Counted from the first letter of the stretch, positions 7,999 through 18,369 are shown. The stretch: 64,000 nucleotides of DNA from a virus (IMGVR_UViG_3300027810_000002:96001-160000); one strand, 5' to 3'. Program-made: numbers and translations. The notes: generated by a model not told the origin, from the sequence alone.

Positions 7999-10782
7999 TT
8001 AATCGAATGAGAATGTAATGTCTCCATTTGCGTCTCTTTCAATTCTTGCTGTTGGGTTACCATTAACATCGTTAAAATAAATAGCTTTATCATTGGCGAT
8101 TGTTATTGAATCTCCATCAAATGCACCAGTTTCTCCTTGATCTCCTTTAGTACCTTGAACTCCTTGAATACCATCGTCTCCTTTGAAACCTTGATCTCCT
8201 TTAGCTCCAGTATCTCCTTTGAAACCTTGATCTCCTTTAATACCTTGAATACCTTGAATACCATCGTCTCCTTTGAATCCTTGATCTCCTTTAATACCTT
8301 GAATACCATCGTCTCCTTTAATACCTTGAATACCATCGTCTCCTTTAGTACCCTGAACTCCGATAACTCCTTGTTCTCCAGTATCTCCTTTGAATCCTTG
8401 ATCTCCTTTAGCTCCAGTATCTCCTTTGAAACCTTGATCTCCTTTAATACCTTGAATACCATCGTCTCCTTTAGTACCTTGAACTCCGATAACTCCTTGT
8501 TCTCCAGTATCTCCTTTGAATCCTTGATCTCCTTTTAAACCAGTATCTCCTTTGAAACCTTGATCTCCTTTTAAACCTTGAATACCATTGTCTCCTTTGA
8601 ATCCTTGATCTCCTTTTAAACCAGTATCTCCTTTAGCTCCAGTATCTCCTTTGAAACCTTGATCTCCTTTAATACCTTGAATACCATCGTCTCCTTTAGT
8701 ACCTTGAACTCCTTGAATACCATCGTCTCCTTTAGTACCTTGAACTCCTTGAATACCATCGTCTCCTTTAGTACCCTGAACTCCGATAACTCCTTGTTCT
8801 CCTTGAATACCTTGAATACCATCGTCTCCTTTTAAACCTGTATCTCCTTGAATACCCTGTTCTCCTTGAATACCCTGTTCTCCTGTATCTCCTTTAAGAC
8901 CAGTATCTCCTTGAATACCTTGAATACCATCGTCTCCTTTAATACCTTGAATACCATCGTCTCCTTTAGTACCTTGAACTCCGATAACTCCTTGTTCCCC
9001 TTGGAAACCTTGAATACCTTGCTCTCCAGTATCTCCTTTGAAACCTTGATCTCCTTTTAAACCTTGAATACCATCGTCTCCTTTAGTACCTTGAACTCCT
9101 TGAATACCATCGTCTCCTTTAGTACCTTGAACTCCTTGAATACCTTGTTCTCCTGTATCTCCTTTAAGACCTGTATCTCCTTTGAATCCTTGATCTCCTT
9201 TAAGACCAGTTTCTCCTTGAATACCTTGAATACCATCGTCTCCTTTAGTACCTTGAACTCCTATAACTCCTTGTTCTCCTTGAATACCATCGTCTCCTTT
9301 AGTACCCTGAACTCCGATAACTCCTTGTTCTCCTTGAATACCTTGAATACCATCGTCTCCTTTAGTACCCTGAACTCCGATAACTCCTTGTTCTCCTTGA
9401 ATACCTTGAATACCATCGTCTCCTTTGAATCCTTGATCTCCTTTAGTACCTACAGTACCTTGAACTCCGATAACTCCTTGTTCTCCAGTATCTCCTTTTA
9501 AACCAGTATCTCCTTGAATACCTTGAATACCATCGTCTCCTTTGAAACCTTGATCTCCTTGAATACCTTGTTCTCCTTGAATACCTTGAATACCATCGTC
9601 TCCTTTAGTACCTACAGTACCTTGAACTCCGATAACTCCTTGTTCTCCTGTATCTCCTTTAAGACCAGTTTCTCCTTGAATACCTTGAATACCATTGTCT
9701 CCTTGGAAACCTTGTTCTCCTTGAATACCTTGTTCTCCTTGAATACCTTGAATACCATTGTCTCCTTGGAAACCTTGTTCTCCTTGAATACCTTGAATAC
9801 CATCGTCTCCTTTAAGACCAGTTTCTCCTTGAATACCATTGTCTCCTTGGAAACCTTGTTCTCCTTGAATACCTTGTTCTCCTTGAATACCTTGAATACC
9901 ATCGTCTCCTTTAGTACCTTGAACTCCGATAACTCCTTGTTCCCCTTGGAAACCTTGAATACCTTGTTCTCCTGTATCTCCTTTAAGACCAGTTTCTCCT
10001 TGAATACCCTGTTCTCCAGTATCTCCTTTGAATCCTTGATCTCCTTGAATACCTTGTTCTCCTGTATCTCCTTTAAGACCAGTTTCTCCTTGAATACCCT
10101 GTTCTCCAGTATCTCCTTTGAATCCTTGATCTCCTTGAATACCTTGAATACCATCGTCTCCTTTGAAACCTTGATCTCCTTGAATACCTTGAATACCATC
10201 GTCTCCTTTGAAACCCTGATCTCCTGTATCTCCTTTAAGACCAGTTTCTCCTTGAATACCTTGAATACCATTGTCTCCTTGGAAACCTTGTTCTCCTTGA
10301 ATACCTTGAATACCCTGTTCTCCTGTATCTCCTTTAAGACCAGTTTCTCCTTGAATACCTTGAATACCATTGTCTCCTTGGAAACCCTGTTCTCCTTGAA
10401 TACCTTGAATACCCTGTTCTCCTTGATCTCCTTTAAGACCATCTACTCCTTGATCTCCTTTAAGACCATCTACTCCTTGATCTCCTTGTTCCCCTTGGAA
10501 ACCTTGAATACCTTGTTCTCCTTGATCTCCTTTAAGACCAGTTTCTCCTTGAATACCAGTGTCTCCTTGGAAACCCTGTTCTCCTTGAACACCTTGAATA
10601 CCTTGTTCACCGGTATCTCCTTTAAAACCTTGATCTCCTTGAAGACCTTGATCTCCTTGAAAGCCTTGAACCCCATCAATACCTTGATCTCCTTGAAGAC
10701 CTTGATCTCCTTGCGCTCCTTGATATCCGGATCCTTGATCTCCCTGGGGACCTGCGGTAGAAATATATGCTGAATATGCCAT
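7999..10782 (-). CDS. Acidic, highly repetitive collagen-like protein D
   Basis: 927 aa built from a few triplets (GIQ, GEQ, GDD, GFK, GDT, GTK); almost no Pro; ~35-aa C-terminal domain. Confidence 0.92.
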   Translation of the reverse strand: MAYSAYISTAGPQGDQGSGYQGAQGDQGLQGDQGIDGVQGFQGDQGLQGDQGFKGDTGEQGIQGVQGEQGFQGDTGIQGETGLKGDQGEQGIQGFQGEQGDQGVDGLKGDQGVDGLKGDQGEQGIQGIQGEQGFQGDNGIQGIQGETGLKGDTGEQGIQGIQGEQGFQGDNGIQGIQGETGLKGDTGDQGFKGDDGIQGIQGDQGFKGDDGIQGIQGDQGFKGDTGEQGIQGETGLKGDTGEQGIQGDQGFKGDTGEQGIQGETGLKGDTGEQGIQGFQGEQGVIGVQGTKGDDGIQGIQGEQGIQGEQGFQGDNGIQGETGLKGDDGIQGIQGEQGFQGDNGIQGIQGEQGIQGEQGFQGDNGIQGIQGETGLKGDTGEQGVIGVQGTVGTKGDDGIQGIQGEQGIQGDQGFKGDDGIQGIQGDTGLKGDTGEQGVIGVQGTVGTKGDQGFKGDDGIQGIQGEQGVIGVQGTKGDDGIQGIQGEQGVIGVQGTKGDDGIQGEQGVIGVQGTKGDDGIQGIQGETGLKGDQGFKGDTGLKGDTGEQGIQGVQGTKGDDGIQGVQGTKGDDGIQGLKGDQGFKGDTGEQGIQGFQGEQGVIGVQGTKGDDGIQGIKGDDGIQGIQGDTGLKGDTGEQGIQGEQGIQGDTGLKGDDGIQGIQGEQGVIGVQGTKGDDGIQGVQGTKGDDGIQGVQGTKGDDGIQGIKGDQGFKGDTGAKGDTGLKGDQGFKGDNGIQGLKGDQGFKGDTGLKGDQGFKGDTGEQGVIGVQGTKGDDGIQGIKGDQGFKGDTGAKGDQGFKGDTGEQGVIGVQGTKGDDGIQGIKGDDGIQGIKGDQGFKGDDGIQGIQGIKGDQGFKGDTGAKGDQGFKGDDGIQGVQGTKGDQGETGAFDGDSITIANDKAIYFNDVNGNPTARIERDANGDITFSFD

Positions 10783-10816
10783 AGTTTAATTTACTTTATT
10801 TTTGTTTTTGTTTTTA

Positions 10817-11581
10817 TTAGTCTAATGAGTTTTTCTCGTATACTATATCGAAAAGATCTCCTCCTCCGATTTCATATCCTGCGAAATTTGAATTCCAAAA
10901 CAGTTCATCACCAGCTTCTAAATCTGCAACAGATTTGGCAGTGATACCTGCGTTGTTAGAGAAATATACATCTCCTGTTTTTTCTCCGTAAGTTTCAGTA
11001 ACAGCTACACCGTTAATATAAACCTGTACAGTTGAATCTGCGAAAGGAGTATAGTCTAATGTAATACCTGTTGCTGATTCATCTCCGTTAGATGCAAGAG
11101 GTGCTAAATCAGCCTGTGTGTATTCAGTACCTTGTGCTACCTGAGTTGGACCTAAACTTGGTCTCCATGGTAATACTTGTGCTTTTGTTGCTGAAATCGC
11201 TTGTAAAACTGGATTGCTGTATGCATACACTGGATCAGAAGCATTCACAAACGCTGAGATAGAACCTGAATCAGATTCATCAACTACGTAAAAAGTACCT
11301 GGAGTTAAATTCCAAGTTGATACTTCAATGTTACCAATTTGTACTGCAATAAAATTAGAATCATCAGTAGCTTCTTCAACTACTAATCTTCCCAATTTGT
11401 CGGCAGTTTTAGAATCTGCTAAAACCCAAGAACCGTTAAAGAATGCAATAACATTCCCTGCTGCAAAACCATGAGCAGCTTGTTCGTAACTTGATTTTAA
11501 AGATCCTGATGCCAGTTGAGAATCGATAGACTCTAACTTTGTCTGTAAGCCTTCGATTTGCTTAATTTTTAATTGTGACAT
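10817..11581 (-). CDS. Putative virion structural/decoration protein
   Basis: C-terminal domain (YTPFADSTVQVYING...GDELFWN...AGYEI) paralogous to the C-terminus of 16336..17589; N-terminal MSQLKIKQI resembles MAQIRSKQI of 14378..16150; late motif upstream. Confidence 0.7.
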   Translation of the reverse strand: MSQLKIKQIEGLQTKLESIDSQLASGSLKSSYEQAAHGFAAGNVIAFFNGSWVLADSKTADKLGRLVVEEATDDSNFIAVQIGNIEVSTWNLTPGTFYVVDESDSGSISAFVNASDPVYAYSNPVLQAISATKAQVLPWRPSLGPTQVAQGTEYTQADLAPLASNGDESATGITLDYTPFADSTVQVYINGVAVTETYGEKTGDVYFSNNAGITAKSVADLEAGDELFWNSNFAGYEIGGGDLFDIVYEKNSLD

Positions 11582-11646
11582 AGATTTTTAATTTTTTTTA
11601 TTTTTTTATAATTTAAAAGAGGCTGTTTAACCTAATTTATCAATTC

Positions 11647-11654
11647 TATATATC
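11647..11654 (-). promoter_or_regulatory. Putative late promoter GATATATA (class representative)
   Basis: (G/A/T)ATA(T/A)ATA recurs shortly upstream of structural genes; resembles the T4 late promoter TATAAATA. Confidence 0.55.
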
Positions 11655-11706
11655 ATGATTAAAAGGACGTAATGTCTATATACTGCCATAATATGGTAAT
11701 ATAATT

Positions 11707-12297
11707 ATGATAAATAGTATAATGAATAGTATTACTAAGAAGATAGTTAGAGATTACATATATTTTAGAGAAACATTAGATGACGTAAAAACTATTTCTA
11801 GTGATGCGGAAGGTATGTTTAGGGACGCGATGCACGATCATAATGAGGTTGCACTAACAGCTCTCACTCCACCAGAAGGAGCACCTCCTATTAAAAAAAT
11901 TGATGAAGAACTTGTTGTAAAATTTGAAGACAAGCTCTTTAAAAAGCTTTTTAGAAAGATAGCAGTATTATGCCATCCGGATAAATTAGATGATTCTTAC
12001 TCTGAAAGAGAAGCTACATTTTTAAAAAAATGCTATGAAGATCTCAATACTTCTAACCAAACATACGATTGGGGATTGTTGTTGAAAGTTGCTATGGAAC
12101 TGGATGTTGAAATTCCGGAATTAAGCGATGAGCAATTTATTAACATTAATAATAATATAGAATCTATTAAAAATACTATTAACCAGTTTGAAGGATCTAT
12201 GGCTTATAAATGGTATACCCTCTCCGACACTGATGCCAAGAAAGGGTATTTAGAAAGCTGTGCTTCTATATTTATGGATAGTTTAAAGAATCGTTAA
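11707..12297 (+). CDS. J-domain-like (HPD) protein
   Basis: KKLFRKIAVLCHPDKL matches J-domain helix II plus the HPD motif. Confidence 0.65.
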   Translation: MINSIMNSITKKIVRDYIYFRETLDDVKTISSDAEGMFRDAMHDHNEVALTALTPPEGAPPIKKIDEELVVKFEDKLFKKLFRKIAVLCHPDKLDDSYSEREATFLKKCYEDLNTSNQTYDWGLLLKVAMELDVEIPELSDEQFININNNIESIKNTINQFEGSMAYKWYTLSDTDAKKGYLESCASIFMDSLKNR

Positions 12298-13076
12298 ACG
12301 TCCCACTTATTAGTTAGATGACATCTTACATAAACAGGTGCCTGATACGCAATACCATTAGGATATTCTGATTGCAATCTCGTATAAAAGTCTACATCTT
12401 CTGACGTGTCTTTAGAGATAATATCTCTCCATTTTGTTGATAAATTAGATTTGTGCATAAATAACCAAGGTGCCATTATCTGTCTGTCTGGTTTTACTTG
12501 AATTGGCTTCCATGCCTCTGGTAAACCTTCTATCTGAATTGCCGGTGTTTCTGAAGGATCTAATATAGCATTCCCATTAGCTAGCTCAGTTGAAACAGAC
12601 TCATGATCAAACCATGAGGTATTTATCCACCAATCTTTTTCTGGGTTTGCGTTAAAATATAAAAGAGATGTCATCGTTGCGTTTGGCATTAAAAAATCAT
12701 CTGAATCCATATACATTACAACGTGGCCGGTTGCTGCAGCTGCACCTAGTCTTCTACCGAATCCTCTATAATATCTTCCTTTATCTTCTATTTCCTCGTA
12801 CATTTGAGGAGTGTCTGTTCTATCGAAATATATTAGTTTTATATTTGGTGTGTTCTTGTGTGATCTATTAAATAGTTGATGTGTTTTATTACACCCATCT
12901 GCTACTATAATAAGTTCGCAGTTTTTATATGTTTGGTTTTGAAAACTTTCGACTGCCCTGTGAAATTTACCAATAGGATCTTTTCTTGAATTTTCGTAGT
13001 TTTCTAGGTTTACTTGCATCACTATAGATATTTTTATCTTGTTTAGTGATTCGAATATTTCTTTAAAATTGCTCAT
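12294..13076 (-). CDS. Glycosyltransferase family 2
   Basis: AVESFQNQTYKNCELIIVADG, YMDSDD (DxD), SEDVDF. Confidence 0.85.
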   Translation of the reverse strand: MSNFKEIFESLNKIKISIVMQVNLENYENSRKDPIGKFHRAVESFQNQTYKNCELIIVADGCNKTHQLFNRSHKNTPNIKLIYFDRTDTPQMYEEIEDKGRYYRGFGRRLGAAAATGHVVMYMDSDDFLMPNATMTSLLYFNANPEKDWWINTSWFDHESVSTELANGNAILDPSETPAIQIEGLPEAWKPIQVKPDRQIMAPWLFMHKSNLSTKWRDIISKDTSEDVDFYTRLQSEYPNGIAYQAPVYVRCHLTNKWDV

Positions 13077-14272
13077 TATTTATATAGGTTTGTTTTCCAA
13101 TTATATTTATAAGATAATTCATGTGTTCCTGGTTTAAATAAATTATCTATTAACTTTTTATATGTATCTACCAGATCCGCGTTAGTTGACAAATAACGGT
13201 CTAATACTTTTTTACTGTTTTCATTATATTGATCTAGGTTATTGTCATGTTCCTCAAGTGCCAATTTTAATTGATCGGCTCCTTGTGATATATTAAATCC
13301 TTCATAATAATATCCTGCATCCTTTATCATGTCTGCATTGTGCACTATAGGGTACCCAAAATAGAGTGCGTCTAAGTATGCATAGTTTAATGGGTTTTCC
13401 CATTGGTGTGATAAGACTATGTCGGTTTCACTTGCTAAGAACGTCGATACTGGGTACCTTCCAACATACTTTATTTTGTTATCTGGAGAGTTAACTATGT
13501 CGAAATTCTTAATCATCGATAAATAGTATTTATTCTTTAGTAATTTCTTGCCAGATCCTATGTATATTTGTTTAAACGCGTTTTTACCGGATTCTCTAAA
13601 AACTCTTTCAGCGATCATGATAGTCATCAATGAATATTTAACAACATTTATATTTGGTTCCATTACAGATAACTTTTTATCTTTAGCATCCTTTGGAATA
13701 TATCCCGGAATCAATTTGCCGGCACGTTTTAGTAATTTATTAAATTCATCAAGCGGCTCAGGGTCCCATATGAAAGGAACTGTTTTTATCTGAGAATCCT
13801 CTTGTCTGTATATTGTTTTAAAGTATTCTAGGTTTTGATATTCCTGTTGAGGTATTACCCATGTTTCGTCGTGGCCTCCATCCCATGAAGGAACCATTGA
13901 CTCGGTAATTGTATCAAACATTACTCGTTCCATGTCAACTACATAACTATTTCCACATTGGTATTTTACTACTTTTAAATTTGGATTTTTGCTTTTCATT
14001 AAAGATATCCTACTTGTAGGCAAAGAAGCACCTACCATAAACATTAAGTCTATCTCATTCTCCATCGCTGTAAATTTTGCGATTTTATATTTATTATAAT
14101 CCCAGTTTACTTTAGTTAAATCAGAAACATTCTTAGCTGCGTCTAAAATATAAACATCAAGTCCTTCTATTTGGTTTAACATTTTAGATAGGTTCAGCGC
14201 ATTTAATTTAATGCCGTTGATCCACATGCTTTCATATTCCTTTGTTAGGGATATTATAATTCCTACTTTCAT
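13076..14272 (-). CDS. DUF2827-like putative GT-B glycosyltransferase
   Basis: SMWINGIKLN, VPFIWDP, MEPNINVVK, SHQWENPLNYAYLDALYFGYPIVHN, DAGYYY are characteristic of DUF2827. Confidence 0.8.
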   Translation of the reverse strand: MKVGIIISLTKEYESMWINGIKLNALNLSKMLNQIEGLDVYILDAAKNVSDLTKVNWDYNKYKIAKFTAMENEIDLMFMVGASLPTSRISLMKSKNPNLKVVKYQCGNSYVVDMERVMFDTITESMVPSWDGGHDETWVIPQQEYQNLEYFKTIYRQEDSQIKTVPFIWDPEPLDEFNKLLKRAGKLIPGYIPKDAKDKKLSVMEPNINVVKYSLMTIMIAERVFRESGKNAFKQIYIGSGKKLLKNKYYLSMIKNFDIVNSPDNKIKYVGRYPVSTFLASETDIVLSHQWENPLNYAYLDALYFGYPIVHNADMIKDAGYYYEGFNISQGADQLKLALEEHDNNLDQYNENSKKVLDRYLSTNADLVDTYKKLIDNLFKPGTHELSYKYNWKTNLYK

Positions 14273-14304
14273 AAATTATACTTTATTTATTATATCTATA
14301 TATT

Positions 14305-14337
14305 AAAAAAAGAAAGGGTCCCCGTTAGAGGACCCTT
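14305..14337 (-). terminator. Intrinsic terminator
   Basis: AAGGGTCC/GGACCCTT stem with U-tract on the minus strand. Confidence 0.75.
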
Positions 14338-14377
14338 AATTTAAAAACTATGAATTAATACTTTCGTATTTTTCTTC

Positions 14378-16150
14378 TTAGTGTTGGTAAACGAATACTA
14401 CTTCGTCTTGTGCATCAATTACATAACCTGGGTTAGATAAAGTAACCTGTGGTCCTGCAACTGTTTGAACAAATACTCTGTGTCCGTTAACAAATACATC
14501 TACTAAAGATGATTGGTCTTCTTGTACAGGGTGTGCTAAACTGTAAACTAATCCAGCTCCAGCGAATGTTTCAGTAGCCATTTGATCATCTTCGATGATA
14601 GCAGCTTCTAATACATCTAATCTACCGTCTTGAACTGATTGCTCAGCGTCAGTAGAAGCGATTTCAGCAGCTAGTGCAGAATCAATTCTTGTAACGTCAG
14701 CGTTAGTAGCAACGATTTCAGCGTTTAACTGAGATTGTAAATCAGAATCAGCTTGATCTCTTGCTAATTCCTCAGCAGCCATTTCAGCGTCATGCTTAGC
14801 TTCTAATGAAGTAAAGTCTGCGTTAGTAGCAGCGATTTCATCAACTAAACCAGCTTCAACCTCTGATACTCTCGTATCGATTGAAGTAAATTCAGCAGTG
14901 ATAGCTCCTTCTAAAGAAATAACATCAGAATTAGTAGCAGCGATTTCAGCAGATAAAGCAGTATCGATTCTAGTAACATCAGAGTTAGTAGCAGCGATTT
15001 CAGCAGATAAAGCAGAATTGATACTAGTGATATCAGAATCAGTAGCAGCGATTTCAGCGTTTAAGTTAGAAATTACTACAGCTAAAGCGTTATCATTTAC
15101 AGTATCAACAGCGTTGATTAAAGAAACAACCTCAACGAATGTATCTTTGTCAGCGTCAGCAGCTAATAAGATTGCGTCGATTCTTGCGTTTTCTGCATCA
15201 ATGTTAGCTTGTAACGTTGAGTCAGCAGCAGCATAAGCAGCTTCAACTCTTACGAAGTCAGAATTAGTAGATGCAATTTCTGCAGCTAATTCTCCTTCAA
15301 CTCTTGTAAAGTCAGAGTTAGTAGAAGCGATTTCAGCAGCTAGTGCAGAATCAATTCTTGTAACGTCTCCATTAGTAGCTAAAACTTCAGCGTCTAATTC
15401 AACTCTTAAGTCAGATACTTCATCAACTAAATCTCCAGATACTTCTCCTAATCTTAAGTCAATAGAAGTAACATCAGAATTAGTAGATGCGATTTCATTG
15501 TCTAAAGCAGATTGTAATGCAGTGTCAGCTTGCTCTCTTGCTAATTCCTCAGCAGACATTTCAGCGTCATGCTTAGCCTCTAAAGAAGTGAAGTCAGAGT
15601 TAGTAGCTGCAATCTCTGCAGATAATTCTCCTTCAACTCTTGTAAAGTCAGCGTTTGTTGCAGCGATCTCTTGAGAGATTGCTAAGTTAATGCTTGTGAA
15701 ATCTGCGTTAGTTGCAGAGATCTCATTGTTTAAGTCAACGATTACCGCTCCTAAAGCGTTATCATTTTCTAAATCAACAGCATTGATTAAAGAAACAACC
15801 TCAACGAATGTATCTTTATCAGCATCAGCTGCTAATAAGATTGCGTCGATTCTTGCATTTTCTGCATCAATGTTAGATTGTAACGTTGATTCAGCACCTT
15901 CAGCTCTTGATTGTTCAGTAGATAAATCTCCTTCTAATCTAGAAACGTCTGTGTTTGTAGCTGATACTTCACCAGCTAAAGCAACTTCTAAAGAGTCAAT
16001 TGATGCGTCTAATTCCGTTTGAGCTGCAACTATCTCATCACCAACGTACTTTGCGATGTCAGATGTGTTTGCAATCTCAAAAGAAGATGTAGCTGCCCAG
16101 TTTACTGTGCTTAAGAAATCCTTAATTTGTTTTGAACGAATTTGTGCCAT
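14378..16150 (-). CDS. Acidic coiled-coil fibre/whisker protein
   Basis: Repeated AEIAATNSD motif; duplicated STLQxNIDAENARIDAILLAADADKDTFVEVVSLINAVD block; C-terminal VFVNG...GY domain. Confidence 0.75.
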   Translation of the reverse strand: MAQIRSKQIKDFLSTVNWAATSSFEIANTSDIAKYVGDEIVAAQTELDASIDSLEVALAGEVSATNTDVSRLEGDLSTEQSRAEGAESTLQSNIDAENARIDAILLAADADKDTFVEVVSLINAVDLENDNALGAVIVDLNNEISATNADFTSINLAISQEIAATNADFTRVEGELSAEIAATNSDFTSLEAKHDAEMSAEELAREQADTALQSALDNEIASTNSDVTSIDLRLGEVSGDLVDEVSDLRVELDAEVLATNGDVTRIDSALAAEIASTNSDFTRVEGELAAEIASTNSDFVRVEAAYAAADSTLQANIDAENARIDAILLAADADKDTFVEVVSLINAVDTVNDNALAVVISNLNAEIAATDSDITSINSALSAEIAATNSDVTRIDTALSAEIAATNSDVISLEGAITAEFTSIDTRVSEVEAGLVDEIAATNADFTSLEAKHDAEMAAEELARDQADSDLQSQLNAEIVATNADVTRIDSALAAEIASTDAEQSVQDGRLDVLEAAIIEDDQMATETFAGAGLVYSLAHPVQEDQSSLVDVFVNGHRVFVQTVAGPQVTLSNPGYVIDAQDEVVFVYQH

Positions 16151-16335
16151 ATTATTTTATTTATTATATTTTGGCCTAACAACCTTATTGTCGTTAGTGA
16201 ATTATATATTCTTGTTAAGTTGTAATAATTGTCATATTTGGACGTAATATGTTAATAGAATTCAAAAAATTGGGTTTTTCCCATTTTCCCTATTAAAGAT
16301 GAGGTATACGTGTGCACACGTGAATTAGGATATTA

Positions 16336-17589
16336 TTACCTTAGATCGTCGGATTTTGCTTCGTATATTAAATTGATCTCGTCTCCGATTTCTAATTCAT
16401 ACCCTGCAATATCTCCATTCCAATATAATTGATCTCCTGATCTAATCTCTTCAACGCTTGCAGCCGCTAATCCGCTATTACCTGAAAAATACGCGTCTTT
16501 GTCTTTAGTTCCATCTCCAACTTCAACACTAAGTCCGTTTACTTCAACCATAACATAAGAATCTTGATATGGTGAATACGTTATTAGTATTCCTGTTGCA
16601 GAATGATTTCCTACAGATGCTGATGGGTTTATATTCTTATCAACGTACGTTAAGATACCACTTTCACTAGCAGCTCCGCCTCCTTCAAAATTAAAAGTGC
16701 TTCCGGCAGCATGTGCATCTAGCGTATATGTTACTTCTTGATCTATTTCCCATTCTGTTTTTGTAACACCAGGCCCTGCTGATGCCGCTTCCATTGTTAC
16801 ATGTACCTTTATACCATCGCTGTCATCGTCAATTCCATTTCCCGAGGTAATATCAACTCTTTCCCATGTCTCTATTTTATAAATAGCGTACAGGTTTGAA
16901 TCCGATTGATCTATTATTGTAATTACTCCACTTATTTTATCATTAGTTATTCTTTTCTCTAAAAAGTTTTCTAGAGTTGTTAATCTAGTGTTGTTTGAAT
17001 TTAAGTTTCTAAATATTATAGTTTTAACTGCCATTGGGTAATGGGAATCAACTGTTAAATACCCAGGTGCCGTTGGATTAGAACCATCGATCTCTTGTAT
17101 TGTAAACGTTCCCGTACTAGAAGGTGCTTGTATTATTGTAGTAGTTCCTCCACCTGTTTCTCCAGATGGATCTCCATTGTCTATTACTGGATTGTTAATA
17201 ACGTCTCCAAGTAATAGTCTTGGGAATACGTAGTTTTTAGGTTGCGGATAATAGTTTTCGTAGTATACGCTTATCTGTGCATATAATCTACCAGATGACA
17301 AGTGAGTTGAGTTAGTTTCGTTAATATTAAAACTTATTTTACCTGTATCGTCTACTAAATCAACGTCTAAATCAACAGAAACTCCTGAAATAGAAGGTCT
17401 TGAAAATTGCAAAACTTTTTTATCTTCAACGTAAAGAGCAACATTAAATGATGTTGGTTGATTTAAATTCAATACAGATCCTATAAAATCTTTATATAAT
17501 ATGATATCATATGTCTGTGAATTTCCTTGAATGAAGTTTGATCCCCCGTCAATAAATGCTATTATATCGTCCTTTGCTACGTAAGCCAT
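16336..17589 (-). CDS. Putative virion structural protein
   Basis: 417 aa, beta-rich; C-terminal domain paralogous to 10817..11581; late motif upstream. Confidence 0.65.
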   Translation of the reverse strand: MAYVAKDDIIAFIDGGSNFIQGNSQTYDIILYKDFIGSVLNLNQPTSFNVALYVEDKKVLQFSRPSISGVSVDLDVDLVDDTGKISFNINETNSTHLSSGRLYAQISVYYENYYPQPKNYVFPRLLLGDVINNPVIDNGDPSGETGGGTTTIIQAPSSTGTFTIQEIDGSNPTAPGYLTVDSHYPMAVKTIIFRNLNSNNTRLTTLENFLEKRITNDKISGVITIIDQSDSNLYAIYKIETWERVDITSGNGIDDDSDGIKVHVTMEAASAGPGVTKTEWEIDQEVTYTLDAHAAGSTFNFEGGGAASESGILTYVDKNINPSASVGNHSATGILITYSPYQDSYVMVEVNGLSVEVGDGTKDKDAYFSGNSGLAAASVEEIRSGDQLYWNGDIAGYELEIGDEINLIYEAKSDDLR

Positions 17590-17631
17590 TTCTATTAAGT
17601 ATTTTTTATATATATTCTTTTAAATTTAACT

Positions 17632-18318
17632 TTATTTTGTTAATTTATTATAAAGTGAATATCGCAGAACTGGTAATATACATCCTTCTAAATCTTCTTT
17701 TAACTTATGGTCTACTCTCCAAAACCTATTATCATCCGATTTTAATTTTAAATTAGTAACATAGTCTATCATTTCTGGAATTCCAGATAATTCAATGTCT
17801 ACATTTTTTAGTTGCATATCTTTCCACTCCCCTACTAATCTATAAGGATTATTATAAGAATAAGTTAATATATTATTATGATTTTTGTTTATTAGAAAAA
17901 CTATTCCTTTTGTTTTAGTAGGCATTTTATGAGGAATCTCAGTGATTATCATTTTTGACATGATTGCTCTCCACTTAACTCTTACCATTCTGAATAATGC
18001 TTCGAATTCTTCTATTGCAATTTCTACTAAATTATATATGTGAAATATTTCGTCTTGGGAATCTGGGTATTCGTAATCTAACGACATCGTGTCTAGATTA
18101 ATACCTGTAAGAACCTTTAATCTATCATCGATTTCACTCTTTTGGTTCTTGAGTTTATATAAGTCTTCTAACTGATATTCAACTTCAATAAGTGCGTCAT
18201 AGATCAATCCGGCCTTGATCATAGATTTTATCTTTTGAGTTGCCCCTAAAAGTTTATATCTTTTTAATTCAAAGTCGAAAGGTAAATCTGTAAGCCAATT
18301 CTTTTCTAATACGTTCAT
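17632..18318 (-). CDS. Hypothetical protein (Bacteroidota-like W..D.FE.K.Y.LL N-terminus)
   Basis: 228-aa ORF in operon orientation. Confidence 0.7.
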   Translation of the reverse strand: MNVLEKNWLTDLPFDFELKRYKLLGATQKIKSMIKAGLIYDALIEVEYQLEDLYKLKNQKSEIDDRLKVLTGINLDTMSLDYEYPDSQDEIFHIYNLVEIAIEEFEALFRMVRVKWRAIMSKMIITEIPHKMPTKTKGIVFLINKNHNNILTYSYNNPYRLVGEWKDMQLKNVDIELSGIPEMIDYVTNLKLKSDDNRFWRVDHKLKEDLEGCILPVLRYSLYNKLTK

Positions 18319-18369
18319 GAATATATTTATTCATATTTTTCTCGAGTATTAGTAAAAATTAAACTTATA

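Noticed and set aside
663-10773. Many alternative-frame and antisense ORFs over the collagen genes (e.g. 9514..10773 +, 9612..10442 -)
   Set aside because: Shadows of Gly-X-Y codon periodicity; low-complexity products with no start context.
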